Position numbers and translations under genes: made by a program. The notes under the pieces were generated by a model. That model did not search any database, was not told the origin of the DNA, and saw only the letters and a list, made by a program, of their open reading frames with translations. From Vicugna vicugna (lineage: Eukaryota): DNA of 64,000 nt. Below are positions 50,901 to 61,317 of this stretch, piece after piece (the first letter of the stretch is position 1; every line of letters begins with the position of its first letter). The stretch covers positions 5,688,066 to 5,752,065 of the forward strand of contig MU058221.1 of the NCBI GenBank assembly GCA_013265495.1, given 5' to 3'.

Positions 50901-53900
50901 TCTCTCTGCCAGCATATTGTCCAGCTTAGTGGGTTTGTGTACTACCGATTGTAGGGCACAGTAGAAGCTGTTTTTCAGAAAAGCCTGAACTTCGGCTAAG
51001 AGGTAAGCCTTTCAGCCTGTTTGAGTCTTAACTTCTGCATCTAAAATGTGAAACTAAATTTGATATTTTTTAAAAAAAACTGTCAGTTTCAGCTCATAAG
51101 ACCTATTCTAGTCATCTTCTCATTCTAAAGGAAGTTAGAGATCATAAATTTTTACCTGGGTGTTGACGTATTTAGAAAGTGTTATTATATTTTTAATTAT
51201 AGGAGTTATTCTTTATATTGTGCTTATATTCAAAATAAAGATTCTTACATTAAAAAAAAAGGTTTTCTCATTTAAAAATATTTAGATAACCCAGAGAAGC
51301 ATAGTAAAGGAAAGAAACATCACTCGCAGTCATCCTTTCCAGAGACTCACTGTTCACCTTCTGCATTACCTGTCCTCCTGGGTTTTTCTTACTTCTCCCC
51401 TGTATATTCAGGGAGGCTTTTTTTTTTAAACTAAAAACCATACTCTTGTGTAGTTTCCTTCCTTTATAGTATATTGCGAATATTTTTTCATGTCAATAAA
51501 TATTTTTTCTTATCCTGGGTGGTTTTGGCAATCAGGCAAGTTTTTGAAACACCAGCCTAGCCGAGAATTCAAGAGAGCTGGAGAGGTAAAGGGAGGAGTG
51601 GGGAAAGAAGTAGGGTTCATTTGAATGTGTGAGTAAAGGTGAGTCCAGCGGCACACTTGGCACACGTCTCACTGTGCTTGTGCCTCCCAGGTGTGCCAGG
51701 CTGGCACAGAGTTTGCTTTTAGGGTGGTCTTTGCATGACAGGAGCTTGGGCTTAGGTAGACGAGACTCTTGATTGCCTTGATGAATACCTTTGGATAAGA
51801 TAAACCTATTTGCCAGTAACATCTGGCTCCTTGAAGGTCTTCTCTGCCTAGCAGACTATTCCTCAGAGTTAGGATGTTGCCTGGTTCATTGAGAGTCTGC
51901 TGAGAAGTGTGAGCCAGCAGTGTCCTTTTTAGAATACCACCATACACTCAATTATATTATCTCCGTCTGCTGGCAGGGAGGAACTATTGCCATGACTGGT
52001 ATAGAAGACCTTCAGGGAAAACTCTTCAGGTAAGAAGAAACTTTGACCCTTGTCAAGCCAGAGGCCAGAGCAGTGGTGCGCACATGGAGATGGGTGTTGG
52101 AATCAGAGCCCTATCCTTGTGGAGCTAAACCTTAGGAAAGAGTGATAAGCTTCAGATTCTTAAAGGAAAAGCATCCTAGGTTGTGCTCGTTCTGTCACAT
52201 GGTGACTGAACTGAGGAAATTTTCATGATATTTTTCTGCTTTGAGACGGCTAGTCTAAGTGCCGGGCCCTGGGGTGCAGCACAGCCCTGTAAAGTACGCT
52301 GCATTACTGACTCTCCCTTTTCCTCATTACTCTCATTACTCCTCATGACGACTGAGGAAGCCGAAGCTTGGAGAGGTTAAATAATGTGCTGGGAAGTGTC
52401 GGGCTGCGTTCCATCCAGGGTCCAGCACCAAAGCCCAGTGCTCTTCACCAGTGTGCTGCTGTTGCCACTCCTCTCCAGGTCTTTTCCTTGGTTTGATGAG
52501 TCATCGTTGTAAAAATGAGAGTCCTCCTTCCTTCCCTCTATTCCTCCATCCTGCTTTCCAGCAGATATTTATTGAACATTTAATAAATGCTAGACATTGG
52601 TGAGCATTACTGCCTGACTCTTGAGGTAACTCAAAAGGCTTACTTACAGCTATTTTGAAATAGTAAGTGCCAACAGCATTTATTCATTCATGCATTTCAC
52701 CAGTCTTATTTATCAAGCATCTGCTATGTGCCTGGCTTTAGAAGGTGTAGTAGTGGATGGAAGGGCAGGGTCTCTGCCCACTGGAGTTTATGTTCCATTG
52801 TGAGGAGACTGACAGTGAAAAAGTAACTTAAATAAAGGCACTTTCACGATGGAAGATATAAACATGGTAATCTAATAAAGCATAAAGGGTGGCTTGTGGG
52901 ACATGGCTTTGAAAAGAGTGATCAGAGATTCTGAGAAGGTGTCAACTGAGCAGACTGGAGGGTGAAGGATGAAACCAGCTAGCCATCATGAAACCTGTCC
53001 AGTTAGAGGAATAGGAAGTACAAAGGAGCAAGCAAGAAAGAGCTTAGAACATCTGGAGACCAGAGAGGAAGCTGGTAGAGCCGGAGCCCTGTAAACAAGT
53101 GGAATGAGACGAGTGGATGGGGTTGGCAGAGACCAGACCACATGGAATTCTTATAGGCAGTGGAGTACCACCATCTGATTGATTTCTGTTTTACAAAGAT
53201 TGCTCTGTGGTAGAATACATTTTGGATAGGAGGCAAAAGGTTCAGGTGAAAATGAAAGGAAATCAGGCCAGTTAGGATACACGTATAGTATAGGGGAAAG
53301 ATGATGGTGGTGGTGGCATGGAAAGATATTTATAGATTCCACAAACATTTTGGAAATAGAGGTAGGATTTCCTGGTTCATTGATTGGATATGGGAAATGA
53401 GATGGGGATTTTTTTGGCTCGAGCAGTTCGGTGGTTGTTGCACAGGGTAAAAATTTATACCTAGGTTTGTGATCTAAATTTCTTAAATATGTTCCTCTTC
53501 AGGGAGGAATTTAAGAAAAGGTACTGTATTAGCGCATCAACTCCACATAATTCAGAGTAAGGAAGGGGATATGGAGGAAGACACTTGGTAGAAGTGAGCC
53601 TTGAATTAGCGTTTTGAAATGACTTGGCAATTAAACCTGGGGAGACTAAACTTTTCAACTTTTAATAGGTGATTACCAGAGAATTGTAAAATAAAGTTGA
53701 AAAGGACTTTAGGAATAAATTTATCTAATTTCCTCATCTTCAGGGTTAGTGGGAGAGAGTAGAGCTCAGTGGTAGAGTGCATCCCTGGCATGCACGAGGT
53801 CCTGGGTTCAATCCTCAGTACCTCCGCCAAAAGTAATAAATAAAGGGATAAACCTAATTACCTCCTCCCTTAAAAAAAAAAAAAAGAAAAAAAGAAGAAG

Positions 53901-56900
53901 AAGGATTGGGGAACTGAGGCCTGTATAATTAAAGTTGGCTATCCCAAGGCTATCCTTAGAACAGTCAAAGCCTCCCCCAGAAATCCTTCTGGGAAACACG
54001 AAGCTAATATTTAACCCAAACTGAAATAACATAGTATAATATATGATCAGATAATTTAGTACCTTAAAATAGTTGGAAGCTGTGCCCAAACTTTGCCAGT
54101 GATTAAGTAAATTCTTATTTTTCAGACATTTCTGTTTAGCATATTCTAGACAGTCATTTCAAGGCTGTCAGAGTAAATGTCTCATGAGTAGACTGCATAC
54201 TCTACATTCAGAATTGTGAGGTTTTAAAAACTTACTAAGGGAAGTTCTACATCAGATTTTAGAAGTTAGTAACTAGAAGATGAAGAAACTTTGAAGATTC
54301 TTCAAGTTTAGATTTAGTGGTAAGGTGACTGTTAAGGTCACTGTGGTGTGAAAGACACAGTTAAGAAGGACATGTGACTTTACATGTCAGCACATACAAA
54401 GAAGCTGGTGAAGATGGTGAATGGTGTTCCTCTGGTTTAGCCATGGACTGTTTAGTTGTCTGGAGTTGTATTTAATCTGTTCCTTCTCTCCATGGTGGGA
54501 AGGTGGGGTTTGGTTGATTAAGGTAAAACTACACGAAAAAGGAAGGGGACACATGTCCTAACTTTGTCCCACAAGCCTGTCATGACTTGATATTTTTTGC
54601 AGCTTGGGATGACCTTTGTGATTTGATGAGCCACATACGATCAAGAACCATGTCCTCAACCTTAATTGCATTGTAAAGGCTTATGTTGGTACCCGGTAGG
54701 CCCCACTGCCTGCAAGAGCCCTATGTGGTCTGGTCTCCTGCCAGTCTACGCAGTAAGTGCGTGGTGGGCACTCAGTGATGTTAAACTGAATGCATGTGAA
54801 GTTGCCACCATTTGAAGACCGTGAATTAAAAGCTCACTTCTGTGCATTGCATTATTAAAATAATTGCCACATGGCTGCATTTTCCTGGCATAATGATTCA
54901 GAGGTTCTGTAAAAGATCGGCTTGTGATCTTTTATAGGAAGACTCAAGTTTTGTGAAAAGCTGGAGTGACTCATTATAATAGCCCTCAGGTACAAGTCCT
55001 TATTATGTGTTCTACCGTCCTTTTCTTTTTATTTGGTGATGGTATCGTGCTTGTTTACTATTAAACCAAGCAAAGAAACCTGAATCTTGCTAGGGGCTTT
55101 CCTTTTAATACCCGTTTGGTTTGGTATCTTTTAGGCCTCTCCTAGTGTGTGTCCTGTACAGTCTGTTCCCACCACAGTTTTTAAGGAGATTCTGCTCGGC
55201 TGTACTGCAGCAACTCCCCCTAGTAAAGACCCAAGACAGCAGAGTACTCCCCAGGCTGCCAACTCTCCTCCTAACCTTGGAGCAAAGGTTCCTCAAGGGT
55301 GAGTAGTTACTTGTTACAGATGTTTAATCATAATGCGGGGAAAGGTTATTTTAGCCCTGGTTCTTCCTGTCTGAGCTGAGATTGCTCAGACTGAAGGCAA
55401 AACTGAACCTACATTCAGTGTTTCGTAGAGAGAAATGTGATGACCTGCTGTTCATTGCGTCTTAGGGAGGTTAGAGTTTCCAGATAGGTCAGGTGCCTTC
55501 AGAGGTGACAAGTATAGTAGGCCTAGAGAACAGCATGCAGAAGTTTCCAGAAAAGAAGGGGATGCGAGGGAAGAGCAGCTTTCTTGGCTTGCTACGGCCA
55601 GAATGGTCAGTTGCAGTACTACAGGTGGTTGTAGAGGAGATGCCCGCTTTCCAGGAAGGGGGCGCAGGCTGGTTGTATGTGGAAGACTGCAGTCAGCGGG
55701 AGCGTGGAGAAGGGGGGGACAGGTTCCAGTGGGTGGTTCTCATGAGGTCTTCAAGTATAGGTGAGAAATGCGGCAGGAGAGAAAATACTGTCATAGAAAT
55801 GAAGGAAGCACTAGTTACGAGGTAGTAACTCATTTTTAGGTGAATGAGTAAGAAATGTAAAATTTAACCAGAGATTTAAAGTGGCTACGAGGTTAATGGA
55901 GAGAAAAGTTTTAAGGGAAGGCTCTCATTCGGGAGGGGTGGTGGCCTCTGCAGATGGTTGATAAGATACCTTCAGATACTGGTGTAGAAAGGTGGGCTTG
56001 GGAGATCCACTGCAGTAAGGTGGGAGAGTGGCTGAGCACGTGGGTTCACTGGGAGGCAAGCTAGCTGCCTAGGGTAGAACTGGGAGGGCGGCCACACAGT
56101 GTCCTATAGAAGATGGAGTGATCTTCAGAACGGAAAGAGGAAACAGTAAGAAGTTGGATGGTACCCAAGCACAGACGTCCAGTATGAATGCTTAAAGAAG
56201 AACTTCTCCAGAATGAGATCCTTTGTTAGAGGCAGGGAAAAACTGTAATAAGAAAAAAAGACTTTGCATTTTGCTGGTGAAAGAACTTTTAGGATGAATT
56301 TCAGAGAAACAAAAGTTCTTTAATGACACACCTGTTGTGAGGGTGGGGGAATACCAGGTTGTTCTGTGAACAAGCAAGTAATCAGCTGGCTCTTCTGTTT
56401 GCTTTGGATCCTGATCCCTGACCAAACAAGAATGAAATTATCTAGTACTAAGGCTGGTTACATGTTCATGGCTGGATGGGGTTTTCTACTGCTGGTGGTT
56501 TTGGTTCCATATGATACTCAGTTTGTTTTGAGGGAGAGCTAAGGTTAATTATGCTGTAAAAAGTAGAAGGAACTTGAAGTAGTTAAAGATTTATGGGGAC
56601 ATGCAGGTAGGATTTAGAGTTGTATTTTTCTTAGTGTTTAAGATATTTTTGCAGCACCACTGATTGATTACTTTTAACTTCAGTTCACAGAAACCTATCT
56701 TGAATTCTCTAATATAAGCAGTTTTCTTTTCTCTTTCATACTGGTTACCTTAGAACGAACAGTTGTTTTGGAAGGTAGGGAAGAGAGAAAAGAGATCTAG
56801 ACCCTAGTTTTCCATACTATCTTTTTCAGATGTCATAAACAGATTTTACCAGAGCTTTCTTCCTGTCTAAATACAAAGCCTGAAGTACTGAGAACAAAAC

Positions 56901-59900
56901 CAGATGTTGTCTGCAAAGTAGGGCTGCCCTCTTCAAAGTCCTCTCAGATTGGAACTGGAGACTTGAAAACTCTGAGCGAACCAAAAGGAAACCATACCCA
57001 GCTGAAGGCCAACGCTGATCAGGAAGACAGCTTGGAATCTCTTCCTCAGTCATCGACTGGCCTTCCTAAGGAGGGCTTGCCTACAAAGGCTTCTGCGACA
57101 GAATTGGAAACTGCCAGTACTCCAGAGCTGCAGAAGCACCTGGAACATGCACCTTCCACGTCCGATGTCCCTTCAGATAAGCCAGAAGAGAAAGCAGGTG
57201 TTAACAGTAATAGCCCTAATAGTTGTGTGGAAAAAAAGGTAGAACCTTCAACTTTCGGGTGCCAGTCACAAAATTTAAAAGAGTCTTCAATAAAAGTAGA
57301 TACTGAAAGCTGCTGTACAAGAAGCAACAATAAAGTCCAGAATGGTGAGTGTTTCTGCGTATCTTTATTGGTAGACGGTAAAAATGGTAGTGGGTACATA
57401 CATGTCTCCTTACCTTGTGAGAAAAAAATATGAAAATGACTGTAGAAGAGTTTTATAATCAGAAAAGTTCAAAGGAAAAAGTAAAACCTCCAAATCTTCT
57501 TAGAAATGATTGCTGTTAATATTTTGGTAGACCTGGTTCCATGTATGTAGAAACAGACTGTTAGACAAATGGGTTCATACCAACAGTTTTACCCCATACA
57601 TTAGTGTAGGTATCTATCAACATTTTAAAAGTTGCAGGGGTTCCATTATTTGTATTTATTTACTGTAAGACTCAACTGGTCCCTAGAAGACGGGTAATTA
57701 GGTGGTTCCCAAAGTTTGGTTGTAAGAAAATAATTTTGAAATAAATTGTAAAGTAATCTGATGATTGCTTTTATCATCAGCCTATCACTGTAGGATCTTT
57801 CTGTAACATCCAGGTTGGAATGGAAGAAATGATTGAAATTTTCTGCTCACAAAGGTAGTTCAGATCTGACATTTTTTTTAAAGAGCAAATTGCCTCACCA
57901 CCTCTAGGAAAGGGATTTTTTGTTAAAGAATTTAAGGGCAGTGCTGAAATACCAGGCAGTCTCTGCCTAAAGGGAGATCCTGCTGCACCCACGATTTACA
58001 ACTAAGTACTCTCCTTACAGAGAAGATGGTGCATTGTATCTCATACTACTTACATTGAGTTTGAGGATGGTGGTTATCAGATGCTCCCTTACTAGAATTA
58101 GTAGAACTAAATGGCTTCAGTGTGTCAAAAGGTTCAGACCTTTTCTAATTTAAAAATACATTTAATAATTGCCAGCTGTGTGGGAAAGTTAACTTTAAAA
58201 AAACAATAAGATGCTGTTCATTTGGATAAGTAAGAAATGAATAATCCACACTCTAGCTCTTACTGCAGGGTTCTGCAACTAGAGGGCAAGATGAGTGGAT
58301 CTGACTGGGGGTCTTTCTGAGATAGAGCTGGAGGAACTGGAAGAGAACTTTCCTTGCCAAGTAGTACTTCTAACCTAGCTTCTTCATTCTTGAAGCTTAA
58401 GTTGATATAATTGTTAATTTGCATGAAATTAATTGCATAAATTATACTGTTCCTTAGGAGTTATGTAACTCCCCAAAGAAAGTGAATATTCATAACCGTG
58501 CCCCTGTTCTATTTCTTTATTCTTTTTGAGTCATCAGCCTTCACATTCAGCTAGTTTTTAAGGAAAATTATTTTAATATCATGTGAAAAAACACTAAAAG
58601 TTTTAGACCAGTAAGCACATCATCAGTATATAAGTGAGTTACGGAGTCCACCTTTGTCTCACTTAACATGTGGTGCAACTGTGCCCCAACTAAAATGGTT
58701 TTAAGAGAAATGAAAAACCTAATCACATCCTAGTGCATGGTGTCTACTGGGACTTTTGGCTGAGGAGTAAGTGTGTGTGATCAGAAGCCTACCAGGATCT
58801 CTGCACTGTTTCCACTAGTATTGCTCGTGGGTGGGGACAGGCTCTACTGGAAATGTCCTCTGCCTTGTGGCCTTGCTTGCTGAGGGGCTAGAAAGTGAAA
58901 GCAAGGTGGAGTTGAACAGCTGCCCTTTTTCTGTTTGGTAGATGTGTGCTTCCTCAGAAGTTGACACTGCTTTTTCCCCTTGGCTCTGCTCTGAATTGAG
59001 AGAATCACTGGTGGGGGATCAACTATTGTTCTCACTAAAGAGCTAGATTTATATAGCTCAATTTGCCTATTTCTGTGTATTTCCTCATTTAAGCCCAGGC
59101 AGAACAGATAAGATAATCTTTGGACTCAGCCTGGGAAAACCTGGTCCAACTCAAAGATGATGTCTTTTCAGTATCTGAGTAATTAAAATTCCATCTCTGA
59201 GTTACTGATCTCTTTATATCCTCTCCTTTTTTGCTTTACTTTCTTTCACTAACTGAATATGAATGTTTAAGGGGTTAGGACCTGGCAGCATCCATTTAGC
59301 ATTTTACAGTGTACTCTAGTCCTGTTGTAAAAGAGAGGTAAGATTAGGATGTCTCTAATGTAATTATTAAAGATGCTTATTTTATTTAAAACCTTCTTTG
59401 ATTTTAGATCTTTCTTCCAGTTTCCTCCAAGACTGATTACCAGCCTCTCCTACCTGTCTCTCAGCTGGTTCCCCAAAAGTTGTGTTTTTGTTTTTTGCTT
59501 GCCTGAGAATGTACTTTCCTCTTCTAAGCACCCTTAAACCCTGAGAAAAGGTCTTTTCTGTCGGTTTTACGTGAAATACAGTTGTCCCTTTATACCCGAG
59601 GAAGATTGGTTCCTGGACCCCCAACGATTACCCCAAATCTGCGAATGTGCAAGTTCGTACGGTCAGCCTTCCCTGTCCAAAGGGTCTGCATCTGCAGTTA
59701 GCTGACCACAGATTGTGTTGTATTTTCAATCCACGGTTGGCTGAACCCATGGATGCAGAGGGTCCACTTATGAAGGCTGTTGGCTTATAAATGGGTTCCC
59801 TTCTGTGTTATTTGGGCTGACACAGTGGTTGCTCTTTCCTCTTATGTCTCTACTTTTTCTTTAGGAACCATGTTAACATTTCCTTTCAAGTTCTCCTGCC

Positions 59901-61117
59901 CATTAGAAGTTAAAACTTAAAACATTCATTTACTTAGAATCAAAATCCTGTCTTTAGCCAATACTCTTAATCTTGAATGGAACATATGTATGAAGGAAAT
60001 TGAAGACATGTCAAGGATCAAGCAGCATCTCTTGGAAGCCTTTAGAAGATAACTTTTTTTTTAATTGAAGTACAGTCACTTACAATGTGTCAATCTCTGG
60101 TGTACACAATGTCCCAGTCATGCATATGCATACATATATTCATTTTCATATAGAAGCTATCTCTTTTTTTTAACATTTTTTTTTATTGAGTTAACAGTCA
60201 TTTTCCAATGTTGTGTCAAATTCCAGTGAAGAGCACAATTTTTCAGTTATACACGAACATACCTATATTCATTGTCACATTTTTTTTCCACTGTGAGCTA
60301 CCACAAGATCTTGTATATATTTCCCTGTGCTATACAGTATAGTCTTGTTTATCTATTCTACATTTTGAAATCCCAGTCTGTCCCTGAAGCTATCTCTTAT
60401 AGACCAAGGGCCCTATACAGGAAATCTGTTTGGTTTTTATTATATTTAGAATGGTTAGCTTTTGCAGAGTTCTTTAGAAAACATACCTTAAACCAGCCTT
60501 TTTTTGAGTGTGAAAAGAGACAGAAATGACTTCCATATGGTCCTGTGTTTATTGAGTTTGTAATGAGTTTGAATTAAATATCTGACTTGGAAAAATCTTC
60601 CTGAAGTATTTCTCTTACTTAGGGTTATGAATAGAAGTATGCCCTAACTTGGAATTGTGAGTCTGGTTGTTGAATTTGGGGTTTTAAGTTACCAAATGGA
60701 TTCACCAAATGAGAAGTATTTTATAAAGACAGTATAACTTCCAGCTGTTCTGATAAATACCTTCTGTTAAGCCATTTTTAGAAATTGCAGTTGAACCAGT
60801 AACTGAGGAGTTCTCCCTTTGGGAAAACTGACCTTGTGAATAGAATTCAGTCAAATACTGATAATGACTTTTAAAAATTTGAGGTCCCCTTTTCTTTCAT
60901 CTTTTTTTCTAGCCCCATCCCGAAAGTCCGTTTTGACAGACCCAGCCAAACTCAAGAAGCTGCAGCAGAGTGGAGAGGCCTTTGTCCAGGATGACTCCTG
61001 TGTGAACATTGTCGCGCAGCTGCCCAAGTGCCGGGAGTGCCGCTTGGACAGTCTCCGGAAGGACAAGGAGCAGCAGAAAGACTCGCCCGTGTTTTGCCGT
61101 TTCTTCCACTTCAGGAG
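35791..61117 (+). CDS. KDM3A: KDM3A (JMJD1A/JHDM2A) lysine demethylase 3A, 5' part of a multi-exon CDS (residues 1 to ~576; zinc finger and JmjC domain lie beyond the window)
   Basis: Ten GT-AG exons join in frame (186+156+111+103+125+73+89+164+515+205 = 1727 nt). They give [14 protein letters not shown]...[13 protein letters not shown], which I recognise as the KDM3A N-terminal half. Confidence 0.98.
42710..42865 (+). CDS. KDM3A: KDM3A exon 3
   Basis: tttgtctag|[58 protein letters not shown]|gtgagt. Confidence 0.97.
44078..44188 (+). CDS. KDM3A: KDM3A exon 4
   Basis: gtttcag|[43 protein letters not shown]|gtaaaa. Confidence 0.97.
44483..45086 (+). mobile_element. Tigger-derived MITE (MER82-like), KDM3A intron 4
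   Basis: cctcattatttaaggattctatatttgggaattt...tttgtaacccccaaatcagtac...cctaggagcagtggctcagtgttcactaattcagtg; homologous to 7898-8533. Confidence 0.8.
47220..47322 (+). CDS. KDM3A: KDM3A exon 5
   Basis: gtttttcag|[37 protein letters not shown] + G; AAG|gtacgt; phase 1. Confidence 0.97.
48051..48175 (+). CDS. KDM3A: KDM3A exon 6
   Basis: tttttaag|GT; (G)[44 protein letters not shown]|gtaaat. Confidence 0.97.
48434..48506 (+). CDS. KDM3A: KDM3A exon 7
   Basis: ttttgaag|[27 protein letters not shown] + G; GTG|gtaaga. Confidence 0.96.
48612..48700 (+). CDS. KDM3A: KDM3A exon 8 (contains KRKSS, S264/S265)
   Basis: actttag|GT; (G)[32 protein letters not shown]|gtagcc; preceded by a 105-nt intron. 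Confidence 0.96.
49610..49671. repeat. 31-bp tandem duplication
   Basis: gctgggataaacttctc(g/a)aggtga(a/t)acaaat x2. Confidence 0.9.
53750..53900 (+). mobile_element. tRNA-derived SINE (camelid Vic-1-like), KDM3A intron 8
   Basis: agctcagtggtagagtgcatccctggcatgcacgaggtcctgggttcaatcctcagtacc...aaacctaattacctcc, followed by poly(A). Confidence 0.9.
55135..55298 (+). CDS. KDM3A: KDM3A exon 9
   Basis: tcttttag|[57 protein letters not shown] + GG; AGG|gtgagt; phase 2. Confidence 0.97.
56830..57344 (+). CDS. KDM3A: KDM3A exon 10 (low-complexity, likely disordered linker)
   Basis: ctttttcag|[32 protein letters not shown]...[13 protein letters not shown] + G; ATG|gtgagt; overlaps supplied ORF 56963..57433 in frame. 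Confidence 0.96.
59579..59768. mobile_element. MER2/Tigger-like MITE fragment
   Basis: TA-cagttgtccct...gattggttcctggaccccc...caatccacggttggctgaacccatggatgcagaggg. Confidence 0.65.
60056..60150 (-). mobile_element. Short L1 3' end (older subfamily), intron 10
   Basis: poly(T)-aattgaagtacagtcacttacaatgtgtcaatctctggtgtac...catatattcattttcata. Confidence 0.8.
60166..60385 (-). mobile_element. Young L1 3' end with 13-bp TSD, intron 10
   Basis: TSD GAAGCTATCTCTT at 60153 and 60386; same family as the 4.1-4.6 kb repeat unit (aatgttgtgtcaaattccagtgaagagcacaatttttca). Confidence 0.9.
60913..61117 (+). CDS. KDM3A: KDM3A exon 11
   Basis: tttttctag|CC; (A)[67 protein letters not shown] + AG; GAG|gtgagg. 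Confidence 0.97.
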
Positions 61118-61285
61118 GTGAGGCACTGTGGGAGAAGCTCAGGTAGCCTAAGCCCTGTGATGCGCTACCCGCCCCTTCTATCAGTGGTACATCTAAAGCT
61201 GCAGAGTAGAGATCACACTTTTTAATCTGTGGGTTTAGGAATCTAGATCTTATTACATATTATTTCCTTCCCATTCTCCTTTTTA

Positions 61286-61317
61286 GTTTGTTTGTTTGTT
61301 TGTTTGTTTGTTTGTTT
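61286..61317. repeat. (GTTT)n microsatellite
   Basis: Direct reading. Confidence 0.9.
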
